Assembly (NCBI GenBank): GCA_000708835.1
Contig: DF237149.1
Span: 62,001-126,000 of the forward strand
Reading direction: 5' to 3'
DNA length: 64,000 nt
DNA from: Klebsormidium nitens
Lineage: Eukaryota; Plantae; Klebsormidiophyceae
Part shown: in pieces, positions 48,001-58,500 of the stretch
Position numbering within the stretch: position 1 is the first letter of the stretch
How the letters are laid out: every line of letters begins with the position of its first letter
Program-made: the position numbers and the translations under genes
Notes under the pieces: generated by a model
Seen by the model: only the letters and a program-made list of their open reading frames with translations
Told to the model about the DNA's origin: nothing
Database searches by the model: none

Positions 48001-50957
48001 GTTGTCCCGACAACATATTCTTTCGCCTTGATCTAAGAACCATGCCCAAACCTTGATTCTATCCTGGAAGGCGTTAAGCTAAGCAGATCCCCCAGCTTTG
48101 AAGAGCCCCTTTCAAACCTGACCGCCACCTCTGTCAACACCGCCAGTATGGCGAACTAATGCCTTTTCCCTACAGCACACGACCTCAACGACCTAAGACT
48201 TGCAACGCCGCTTCTTCAACAAGGTTAAGCTAAACTCTCACCTCCTCCTGCATTAGCGCGTTCCCAATCGCAACTGCCCACTCCTCCGACGTTGCCAGCC
48301 CCGTTGTAAGAAGCACCTTGACTGCAGCCACCCCCTCAAAGCAGTCCTTGTACTTGCGCAGGTTCACCGTGCGATCCTTGATCACAAGGCCCTGTCTTAG
48401 GGCGCTAACCACGTTCGTAAGGTCTTCTTCTTCAAGCACCATCTCCCTGGGTGACGACTCGTTTATTGAGGCTTGGGGCCTGGAAAACGATAGAACCTGG
48501 GGCTTTCATTCTGAGGCTTTCATTTTGGGGCCTTGGTGGAAAACACGACTTTGGTGTGGGGCTTGAATTAGATTAGTAAGAGGTTGGCATGAGCAAGAGT
48601 TATGCAGATCCCACGTTGGTCCCATAGGTTTGAGGACACCGCAGCTGCAAAGTGCAATCCAAATTTTGGCCCCTCATAGAGCTGAAGCTTTGACTGATGA
48701 TGTAGAACGTTGTCAAAGACTTGCAGAGTTTGAATCAACTTCTGAGCATCCCAATCGGGCTCTCAGAGGTACAGCTAAGCACCACCACCACGAATGGATG
48801 AACAAGCTGCACTCCCCACAAAGCATGGCTGTTACTGTTGTCCGCTGGTCTGCGCTAAAAGAAGGAACCTACGAGCAAAAGTGCCTGGAAAGGGGTCGCA
48901 ACCAGTCAGTTAGGAAAGGGACTGATACTATAAGGATGCCTTGTCGCACATGTTCGAACTGGAGAGTCTGGGGGCACTACTTGGATCACACAAGCGGCCA
49001 AAATTTTATGGAATTTGGCAACGACTTAAACCTGAAGAGTGGAGGAGACAAACGCTTGCAGAAATAGAATGTGACTCAGTTGTGCGGACGCAAGCGAAAG
49101 TATGATTCCTTACAGCAAAGAGGAGGAGAACGTGTACAGCGCACTCGTAGAGTTCTTAAAGCCGGGGGAGCCTGGGGAGCTGTCAACCGCCTGTTTGATG
49201 ACTCCTGCCTGCAGGGGGCACAAGACAAAGTGGTTGGTTCCGAGAGTCTCCTGCAAGCTAGCGAGCTTTGCGCTTGCAGCCGGCATTGGGTGCAAATGAC
49301 TCTATTGACCGGATCCCTGGAGCTCTTTCGCTGACTGAGGTGCAAGCCAAGCCCAGGATTGGGCAACACTGTCAGAAGTAAAGCGTTAGAGACCCGACAC
49401 AAAGATCAAGACTTGAGGTTCTGTGACACAATCCTTGTGCTGGCCAAAGGTGTGCGAACAAACTTAAGGTTTTATCATGCATTTGCCTTGGCTGGTACAA
49501 TGCTTCTGCCTTGAAAAATGACATAGGAGTGCCCCGGAACTCCCTCAGACCTTGTCATGCATTAGCGGTGGCGCCTGGTTTATGTCTCAGCTTTGCAGAG
49601 TTGCGGATGAAAGTTGTCCACTTCGAAAACTGATATGAAGCTCATAAAGCTTCGTGCATTTGAGCAACAACACAACACTTTTGCAAGTCTTGCTGCAAAC
49701 CAGCAAATATTCTGAAGCAATCATTGGGAGAGGGGAACAATTGCTTACAAGAAGCAGCGAGGATTCTGTAACTCCAACAGATTTGTATGTATACACGAGA
49801 GTAAGGGGTACATATGGAGCAATGCTGTCAGTGATATCACAAGTTCCTTGCCCAGTTTGCTGATGCTGCGCTACGAAAGATTGATCAAGCTGAGTGTACT
49901 CAGTCGAACTCATTTTGAGCTCAACAACTGTCCTCAGCACTGACTGGCTCCTCTGCCAGGACGCTGACAGCTTGAACACTCTCAAGGGGGAGGCTCAGAA
50001 AGAAAGATGCACAAAGTTCGAGCTTGCTCCAGAGAAACGTTCAGCTGAGTGGTCTCATCATGGTGCGGCATTGCGTCGGGCTCCCAAAAAGTCCGCGAGT
50101 TGCATTTCAAACGAATGTTTGTTGAAATAAGGGCCAAACTTTCATTGGCTTAACTTTCACATAGGCCCAGAGTCGTTGATTGTAAGTTTTGTGTAAAGCA
50201 AAGCCATCTTGCCATATAGCTGCAGTATATATGACATTTGAGTGGGCAAAACGGAAGCGCCAGGTGCCTCACTCTGGAAGCAGTTTTTTCACCTTGGCTC
50301 CATGCTTCCTTGCGCTTTCACTTTATCCGCCCAAACTTCAGCCATAAATTCAGGCAAGTTAGGGATTTGCCCCTCCCCTCCATCAAAGAGCTGTGCTGTG
50401 AATGTTCAAGCAGCCACTTGCTGGTCATCTGACTAACAGTCGGACAAATAGACGTTGGCACAATCATCGGCACAATAAGCACCACCTCTTGTTGAAGAAG
50501 ATGCAGCGCTTACACAAAGCACGGTGCAATCTAAAAGCAGAGTGGATTCAAACCAAAGGTTTCAAAACAACACCGAGACACCCTATAGCCACGATACACG
50601 ATCTTCAAGGCAAATGTCAAGGAAATATGAGAAGGTACTCACATCAAGCATCTTGCCACCCCAGCTCACCACATAAACCAGAACGTTTTTGCATCAACTC
50701 TTGGTAAACAGAGGCTTTTGGAAAAACCATAGAACAAGCGGAGTGACGAAACTCACCGCAAGCAACTGCTGCCCCAATTCCACCGCGGACACATCATGTG
50801 GCGCCAGCCCCTCATCTAAAAAGAACTCCACCGCCTCTGTTCCCTGAAATGTCTGCTTATACATCCGGAACCCCACCCGGCGATCCTTCTTTGGCACGCC
50901 CTGAAAGAGCTTCTCGGCAATTGCCGAGAGCTCGCCGGAGCCCAAACGGCGATGCAT
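31352..50957 (-). CDS. Multidomain fusion protein, about 1502 aa, 25 exons: DEP-DEP / PCS-like (peptidase C83) / degenerate PCS-like / GGACT(GGCT)-like / HFCD flavoprotein (PPCDC/HAL3-like) / ankyrin repeats
   Basis: Exons 50957-50757, 49208-49114, 48479-48242, 47420-47325, 46912-46670, 46153-46024, 45383-45163, 44762-44526, 43931-43803, 43362-43150, 42694-42632, 42328-42195, 41658-41473, 40938-40231, 39774-39661, 39269-39089, 37986-37771, 37219-37168, 36794-36754, 36251-36109, 35630-35500, 34990-34780, 33075-32904, 32320-32149, 31533-31352. Total 4509 nt; every junction is phase-consistent with no internal stop. A possible upstream in-frame exon is 51970-51865. Confidence 0.8.
31540..31960. 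repeat. Intronic copies of the acceptor and start of the last exon (31533) of the fusion gene
   Basis: cagccagcacgtaggggcgcgggca…ggggcggaac recurs at about 31640 and 31785, with a fading copy at about 31905. Confidence 0.85.
32700..32900. repeat. Degenerate 6-mer (aaaccc/aaccca/gaccca) intronic low-complexity repeat
   Basis: gcaaacccaaacccaaagccagacccatacccaaacccggatccg…. Confidence 0.6.
33768..33856. repeat. Tandem duplication of about 44 bp (two copies)
   Basis: ttcacggatagagaaaccgttggaattcgtgcttgcggatagtg repeated directly with one mismatch. Confidence 0.85.
33920..34780. repeat. Array of six degenerate copies of the donor end of exon 34990-34780
   Basis: cccacctgagcagcgc…gagagccagccggagatggccat occurs at about 33928, 34024, 34097, 34273, 34439 and 34600. 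The copy nearest the exon is the longest. Confidence 0.9.
34950..37910 (-). CDS. HFCD flavoprotein domain (phosphopantothenoylcysteine decarboxylase/HAL3/LanD-like)
   Basis: KANVLVGSAASSAADKL, YDHHEW, RHLWLRDWADILIIAPMTCNTLGKICHGVGDNLLTSVVSAW, KPFIAAPAMN, RLSNGKIGVGAM. Confidence 0.9.
37950..40430 (-). CDS. Gamma-glutamylcyclotransferase-like domain (GGACT/YtfP/AIG2-like subgroup)
   Basis: LFFTYGTLKQGFANR, LPLVVP, LLDAPGQGSGQVMGELYAIDKVTLDAFDILE (catalytic Glu position), SYIRKP, KCLMYY. Confidence 0.85.
38200..38545. repeat. Three degenerate copies of the acceptor and start of exon 37986-37771
   Basis: gtcccagtgccagtgggggccctcgtggtcgt…ttcatctg recurs at about 38220, 38350 and 38490. Confidence 0.85.
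41473..43362 (-). CDS. Second, degenerate phytochelatin-synthase-like domain
   Basis: Colinear with domain 1: LHAPIACGNVTAIAYAL, TSVDDIFHTAQLP, NMTLADTF, VILNFDI, SGGEYALVAAVD, VILASVQPRSYARYWRC, RDLSIGRGRGMIRV. Confidence 0.78.
43803..46153 (-). CDS. Phytochelatin-synthase-like (papain-fold peptidase C83) domain 1, catalytic residues retained
   Basis: FQQPLNCCNITAI (Gln…Cys spacing of 6, as in PCS Q-x5-C), GLTLAD, GGGHFALLGGWD (His), LVIADVNPKKYLRYW (Asp), MQDKDSTSKRSRG. Confidence 0.8.
44793..45006. other. Assembly gap (214 N) inside an intron of the fusion gene
   Basis: Run of N. The flanking exons join in phase without it. Confidence 0.99.
47325..50957 (-). CDS. Tandem DEP domains (N-terminal part of the fusion gene)
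   Basis: KDRRVGFRMYKQTFQGTEAVEFFL…AVELGQQLLAAGVIKQA…FKNSTSALYTF and KDRTVNLRKYKDCFEGVAAVKVLL…AVAIGNALMQEELIQHV…FKNTDSLYRF. Both match the DEP consensus. Confidence 0.88.
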
Positions 50958-52416
50958 TGTTCCTGTTCAGAATTAATTCCTGACGTCCAGTCACTGAATG
51001 TTGTAAAAGTCCGTTGCAGAAAATGTACGGCAAGTTCTGGGACTGGGGACTGGTGACTCTTTCCAAGGTAGGAGCTTGGCAAAGCAACTGGTGCTAGTGG
51101 TGGGCGATGAATTTCTCACAAAGGCTCTCTAGCAGCTGTTGAGTTTTGAGATATTTGGAGGTATCACAGCGGCTCATGGAGCGTAGACACCAATCAAAGA
51201 ACTTTGCGTGGAGAATTTAAGGAAGTCAGGCACTATCCTCTGCCTCTCAATGGCAATCCAGATGTTTGCAGATCACTGAAAGCAGTTGCAATTGATTGCC
51301 TTCCTTTACTTCTGCTTTTTGCTACCACCGGACAACGGTCTCTCTCTATGAAAGTTTATGAAGACACCGTAGCTTCGAAAGGTGTCACAGAGATCTAGCA
51401 CACAATGAAGACGAAAGTAACCTTGAATCCGAGAGCTCTGCGGCTCAGCACAAAATTCAACGAAGGAACCAGCTTATGGGGTCCTTGCCCCGAGCTCGCA
51501 CTTTGGTGTTCAGTCATTAGGGGGCGCAGAGCCGTACAGGGGGGAAGATTCAAACTCAAGAATCCGACGGAGCCTGAGGTGAAGACTCGAGAGTTGTTTC
51601 TGAAAGTTTTCCTTCGAGTTCAATCAATGGTGTCCTTGCATCACCGATTTACCGGGTCCCGGTATACCTAGGTATACGGGAGGTATACCGTATCTTCGCA
51701 GCGTGCCTCGGAAGGAAAACCCTAGAGGCTAGGCCGGTATTCGGTAAAAGGCTGTAAGGATTTCAGCAACTGAGCAGTTTATGGTGTCACACAGTGTCAC
51801 AGCGCCGGGCGCCGGGCACGCAGAGCGCACACTTGCATTGAGGGAAGGCTGCACAGTTACTTACCGGTAGGTATTGCACTAGTGCAGCAGGCAGGAGTCT
51901 CCGGCGCCCGCGCGGCGCGGAGCTTATGCGCACCACTGCACTGGCCAGTCAAGCGGTACCCCGGTACCATTGCGTGCCCTGAAAAGCAGTGCGCATTGAA
52001 AACGTGCACCAGACGCACCTGCACGCAGCGTGGATAGCGCTGACTTCGATCAACCAATAATATACGGTACCTGTTTGGAATTCAATTTGTATATTCTTCC
52101 CCTTGACGTGGTTGTGGTTACCGGACGTAACCGGAGATTACAAAAGCGAAGTGTGATGGGTGCCTCCCGTAACGGAGTGTTCAGGACCGAGCTTGGAACT
52201 TCACAGCTACGCTGCGGCCTGCCAATCAAATAGGTTAAACAGGTAGTCGTTTGTTAGTGGGCGTTACAACTATTACAGCGACAAATTTGACACACATTCT
52301 TCAAAACAATGTCTACGGCAATGCTACGGCATTCAATGATCAGCCGCACTTACTCCAGGGCTGGTTCTCTCTAATCATCAGCGTCAAGTTCTCCCAAGGA
52401 AGATTGGACTCCGATA

Positions 52417-52598
52417 ACTCTCGTGTGACCTAAGAGCCGTGTGACCTAAGATACGCACCCGGGGGACGGGTGGGGTTGGTACGGTGGTTAGGGTGGGTTG
52501 GGGTGCGGAGCGGCTGATTAATTGGGTTAGGTTTTTTAGTTTGAGGTGCCCTGGTTACTCGTATCTTGGGTCACACGCCCGTTAGGTCACACGAGAGT
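52417..52598. mobile_element. MITE-like element with about 39-bp terminal inverted repeats, flanked by TA
   Basis: Left TA|actctcgtgtgacctaagagccgtgtgacctaagatacg; right cgtatcttgggtcacacgcccgttaggtcacacgagagt|TA, a near-perfect reverse complement. The interior is non-coding and G-rich. Confidence 0.65.
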
Positions 52599-55541
52599 TA
52601 CCGGTATGTTTCTAACTTCGTATTCCTATGTACTCGAATTTCATGTACCTACCGGTATAAGGACGGTACTGTAGATTGCACGTACGACCTCAAACTTCTC
52701 TCCGACCATTTTAAGCTACCCGGGCTATTCTATTCAAAAGCCCTAACCTGAGAGTTTAAGTGCTTTTAGGCCCTATTGTAGCCTAACTCAAATTAACCAC
52801 AACTATCTCCCGGGTGCTGTCAGGGCACGACATACCTACTGGTAATTCTTGTCACCAGCCGCCAGCGGTCACACACGGTACCAAAGACGAACTCATCACA
52901 TTCGTGTTTGACACGTAGGACCTACGATACGTACCTACCGACCATACCATACCTTCGTACCCAGGGCAGTGAAATCACCGTATGCACGGTTAATGTCACG
53001 ACGGCAAAGATCACATTAACGTGTCGAAGGGATCATCCCCAACTCGCCATGGGCGGCACTAGGCGCACACGTGCTTTTGAAGTTTGGGTACTACCGTAAC
53101 GGTACCGTGTGCGCTGGCGGCAGGCCGCCTAGCCTACAGCAAAGAGTGACGACAGCCCGGTATGCACCGGCTCCGTACAAGCCTTCAGCTCTGAAGATTC
53201 AATCGGGGAATCTCTTACGAGTGTCCACATCACGATATGAAACTAGGTACCTAGGTACCTAGGTCCTATCCTCCGGTACCTAATCACCGGAAAGCCGTAT
53301 TTCTAGCAGTGTGCTCACGCGACTCGGATTCGTGGACCGTGGTTTACCAGGCACCTGAACGCCGGTACCGCGGGGCCCACTAAAAATAGGTAGCCAATGC
53401 AGCAGGTACCGGTACCTAGGCACCGGTACCTAGTCCATGCGCGGTACACTCTGGCATGCCAAGGGTGTGTACATCTTTCTTACCGCGCTCCCTTCAAGTT
53501 CAGCCTCTTCCAAGTTGTGCCTGAGCCTGGCCCTGAGCCCTTGGCAGTGCTGCGGCTTGTAGCGGCTGGCATTGCAGATAAAAGGCTTCGAAAGCTGTCA
53601 TTTCGACAGGCGCCGCTTTCAGGGTGCAGCACTAGCTGAAGTTCTCCTTTCAGATAAGGAGCAACCAGTGAGATTCAGCAGGCATTCCGTAGGCCGTTCT
53701 ATTGAAAGGTGAGCTTGCAGTTGCTCAAAGTGGCACGCCTTCGTTTGCCAATGGAGTAAGGTAGAGCCAGAAGGAACAGGACCTCAGGGCCTGGAAGTCC
53801 GCGTCGTCCAGTGGTCTTGCAGTGGAAAAGTCCTTGGGTAGTGGAAAAGTCTTCTGTAGGTCTTCTGTGGCACTGTTCGCGTGCCAGTGTTTCTGTGTGC
53901 CAAGCACTACCTGTTGCCGCAATGTTGCTAGACATTGCGGCAACAGCCCTTCTGTGTGGTCTTTGTGGTGCTGGCTTCTAAGATGTGTACATGGAAGGGG
54001 GTGGGAATACTGTTCCCAATTTCATTCTTCTCTGCTCTTCCATGATCAGCTGAGGGGGAAAGGAGTCGTTGTGTTCAGAGGAGATGTTACAAGCTAGAGC
54101 TACTCACTATTGTGAATGCCATCGCTTCAGCACCTGTTCCTGTGTCATTTTCTTGACACTTTGCCTTACTTCAAAGTTCTTTTCTGTCTGTCTGTCCTGC
54201 GCCTTCCTTACTTTCCTTCTTTCATCTGCAATCATTGCACCCCAAGAAATGGTTTGTTGAAACCACCCTGAAGAGCTGGCCTCCTTCAGTTCTTAAATAA
54301 GCTTCCTGTGTTTGCTGCAGACCATCCCCCTGAGCACAATGGTGCCTCTCAAAGTGGTGTCAGTGGCAACGCTGTGTCTTGCAGCGACTCTCTTGCTCCA
54401 GGTAAGCGTCGCACACCTCTCCCAAAGCTGTGGTTTTGAGACAAGTTTCTTCCAAGTCATACGTCTTTGAGAGGGGTTTGGAGGATCTGTTGCAGTCAAA
54501 CATGGTGCCTCGCAGCGTCTTGTTCGCTTCAAGTAAGCGTTACAACCGCTGCAAACTTGGGTATGTAAAGTGACAACTCTTCTTTAAGGTTGAACAAATT
54601 TCGAAGGTTTGGAGTGGGCGAGAGTTGTATAGTTGGTCCTCTGAGCTAGCGTACTGTGTTTTCTCGAAGTCACCGCATTGTCAGGGCAGCTGTGCTTTGT
54701 TAAACAGAGACTTGACCTGGTGACAGCAATGTTGCCTTTCTGGGAAACGTTTATTCAGATGCTCGTCATCTGCAAGAAGTTTTCCAATCATAGGATTCCT
54801 CTTCTGGCTGCAAGTCCTGCAGATTTTCTTTAGATTTAAGAATCACTCTTGCGTGCTCGGTTTCTGGCTGAGATGTGCAGGCCAATGTAGGGCAGGTCTG
54901 GCACAATGGTGTTGTGTTTTCAGCATTGTGAAAGCATTGTGACAGCATCTCCTTCCTTCTGCCAGGTTGATGCTCGTGTTTTGACCAGTCCAACCAGGGA
55001 CCTCCTTGCTTCACTCAGTGAGTGTCCAGAGCTTGGGCCGGCTACTTCTACAGCAGCGGCAATTGAGGGTTGTTGACATAGGCCGTTTTGGTGCTCCCTG
55101 AGCTGTGTCGTAGATTGACTCCAACTTCCAAAAGTGGACGTTTGAACATGTTGCTTGAAATCATCATCCTCATTGGATTGGAAAGAGACAATTCGGTTCG
55201 TTGATATCTGACAGGCCGTTGAAAATCTGGTGTTCATCAAAATTTGCTGGAAGAAGGAAGTCCCCTAAGATTGGTCTCAGAAGCTTGGTGTCCCCCACTG
55301 CTGAGGCCCAACATCAGATAAGCTATTGTGGTCCCTCAAGAATCAGACTAGGTGACCAGCATTGATCAGTGTGCGCGAAGGTTGCGTTACTCTAGAGTTT
55401 TCTCTTAGGACTTTCTACATTCCAGTAGTCAGCAATCAAGGTCCAAGGCATTCCAGTAGAGAAGCTTGTTTGATCCTCAAAGCAAAGCTCAGTCACACCG
55501 CTTGTCTTTCTTACCTTTTGCCTTTCTTCTGCTCTGCTCAG

Positions 55542-58500
55542 ACAACGGCTGCGACGGCGGGAGCCCCACCTGCTACACAAACAATGGTGCGGACGGCTAC
55601 TGCTGTCCCGAGGGTTACAACTGCTTTGCCAGTGACAAGTTCTCGTGCTATGAGGCGAGCGGCTCGTACCCCAGCGAGCCAGACCTCATTGTTGGCGAGA
55701 ATGTTGCGGGTAAGTGGGATACACATGCTCAAAACCCTGGGTCAATGTAGAAATAGAAGAGACAGAATTCTGTATGCTCAGAGGCCTTGCTGGCATGTCG
55801 CCCTTGCCGGACTCGTGGCCTTGATAGGGAAGTCTGTTGCAGCTGAATCAAGAGCTCAACCCTCCGCCGAGTGAAACTAATGTATCTGCTGCTCTTGTAT
55901 GCAACAAATATAAGGTGTGGTAAATCAACTATTGTAGGCCAACTGTGGGCAAGACTGAAGCTGTGGGCAAGCTTGAAGCAGAAATGAGCACGTTCAGAAG
56001 TCTGGAGGAAGTGTCATGGGGTTGTGAACCTTCTCTCAGACGTTCGTCTCAGATTTTGGAAATCGAGCAGCATATGGTCTCCAGCTGGATGTTTCGATTC
56101 TGGACTCAGGGCATTCACTGCGAGGCAACTAAGCTGTTTCCGCAGAATGAGCTCGAAAGCTGTACTGAAGAGAGCCGGAATGCGGAAAAGTACAAGAGAG
56201 CAAATTGCATCGGGAAAGAGACAGGTACTCACCAGTCCACCAAGGGTGTCTCTAAGCCAAGCGTTCCCATTACAGGCGGCGGCGTTTCCTCTGGCAACTC
56301 GGAATTTCCCAGCAGCAGCGACCCAGAGTGCAAGAACACCCCTGGACGCAGCAACCCCTGCTACTCCACTGACGGCAGTGTGAACGTGTGCTGCTCCAAT
56401 GCTTGCGGGCCCACAACCAAGCAGGGCTACCCCACCTGCTCAGGTAAAGGAGCTTTTTCACACGCCCTTGAGTCTGCAATGCATGTCGGTGGTTAAATAT
56501 GGAACCTTTCATACAACTTTGCGCTGAGTTGGCTTCTAAGTGGAAAGAGGAACCCGGCCCATGCAGCGTCAATTTTGCATGCTGCTCACGACATTCTAGA
56601 AGTTCGCTCGTCTTGTGAGCTCAGTCCGGCTTTTGATCAAAGCTAATCCAGGGGCCTGAATAGTCGACAGTCCCGCTGCTAAGTCCTTCGTCTACCCATC
56701 TTCAAAGTTCGATCACACATACCTTCTTATGCACTCAGCACCTTCTTATGCACTCAACATCCTATCTCCGATAAACCTCTGACGCACTACTTCTCGGGTT
56801 AACTCATTCTCGGGTTAGCACTCGGGTTAACTCATTCTCGGGTCAGCACTCAACATCTTATCTCCAATAAACTTCTGATGCACTCATTATCGGGTTAACT
56901 TATTCTCGGATTAACTTTTGAGCACAACATCTCGTCTCTTCTCATGCACCAAGTCCACAAACTCTCTGCTGACTGCAGGCCAGTGCTCTGGCCCCTCCCA
57001 GCTGCTGTACGTCTGGGCCGGTGTCAGTTCCGATGGCGCAAACTCCAGCGCCCGTGACTACGTTGGAGTCGTCTCCATTGACCGCAACAATCAGTACGGC
57101 AAGGTAGGACAGCTGTATAGTTCATTTATTGCGGACGCACTCAGGGGTTGGATTGGCTGGTAGAGTCTACCTTTTTCTGGTTGACGTCGAATTACAATGG
57201 AGTCAAATGGAGTCAAAGGCGTTCGTGGAGTCATAGGCGTTCGAACTGGTGCAAAGTCGGTAGATTTTGCCGAGGATCCGCCGCTTTTTATGCATCTGAT
57301 GCAGTCCTGCTGGTTATCAGCGTCCCTCGAATCTTGGTTACATTCGTTCTCTGGTTGCCTCTCTTCTCAACAGCCTCACCGTTTAAACGCTCTCCTGCCT
57401 CACAAAAGCAACACAACTCTTCCTTCCTCAAAAGTGCTTCGAAAGCTGGTCCTGTTGTCTGAGTACGAAAGCCCCCCTCAGTTTCTTTGCTCCTCTCACC
57501 CTTTCTCCTTTCTCATCGTTTCTGCCCCTTCCCCTGCAGCTGCTGTACCGCGCCGAGATCCCCTACGCCGGCACCGAGGCGCACCACATGGGTCAGTCCC
57601 CCGACAACAAGTTCCTCGTCGCCGGGGGGGTGTTTTCCAGCGTCCAGGGACTCCCCCAGGTGTTCTTCTACGACATCGCTGACGACCCGTACCACCCGCT
57701 GTACACCGGTGACATCGACCCCAAGAATAGCGGCATCACCGACCAAGTCGTGTTTGACAGCCAGGGCCGCGCCATCATCACTCAGGTGCGTTCTGAAGAT
57801 CGGTTCAGAAAGGAGTATTAAGTTCTGAAGATCGGTTCAGAAAGGATTGTAAAGTTCTGGAGATCGTTTCAGAAAGGAGTGTTAAGTTCTGGAGATCGGC
57901 TCAGCAAGGAAGTGTCAACAGAAGATCGGCTCAGAAAGAAAGTGTCAACAGAAGAAGTTTGTGGATCGGCTTAGAGGGGAAGAGATGTGTCAACAGAGAT
58001 TCCCCAAACTTAGAGCATCGAGATTTGTCAACAGAAATTTCACAGATGCTCTAAATCTGTGAAATTTCTGTTGACAAATCTCGATGCTCTCAGTAGTGCT
58101 ATAGATACTCTTGAGCTCCTCAGGGATTCTGATAAGAGTCGGCTGAGAGTGTTGCATCTTCCGTGACGACCTCAGAAGCTGAAGTTCCCCTGCTTCGACG
58201 GTTCTGTGCCCCGCAAAGAAATCGAGTGATTGACGCGTCGAGTCTGCGCGATTTAATTGGATATGAGCGCATTGATGACCCCAATTCCACCCTATCACCG
58301 GACTCAGAGATGGTCAAGAAAGTGAGATGGTAAAGAAATCGATGGTTAGGAACCTGAGATGGTGAAACAATCTCTCAAGCTTCAAAGAGTATCCCATCAC
58401 TCGCAAAACCCACAGCCTCCGCTCCCACTCCCAAAACCCACAGCCTCCGCTCCCACTCCCAAAACCCACAGCCTCCGCTCCCACTCCCAAAACCCACAGC

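Noticed and set aside
49102-49299. Plus-strand ORF MIPYSKEEENVYSALVEFLKPG…
   Set aside because: Antisense of the DEP1 C-terminal exon 49208-49114.
53700-55300. Possible minus-strand gene or the signal-peptide exon of the SBP-like gene
   Set aside because: Frames are interrupted by stops, no motif is recognised, and I found no convincing phase-1 hydrophobic first exon.
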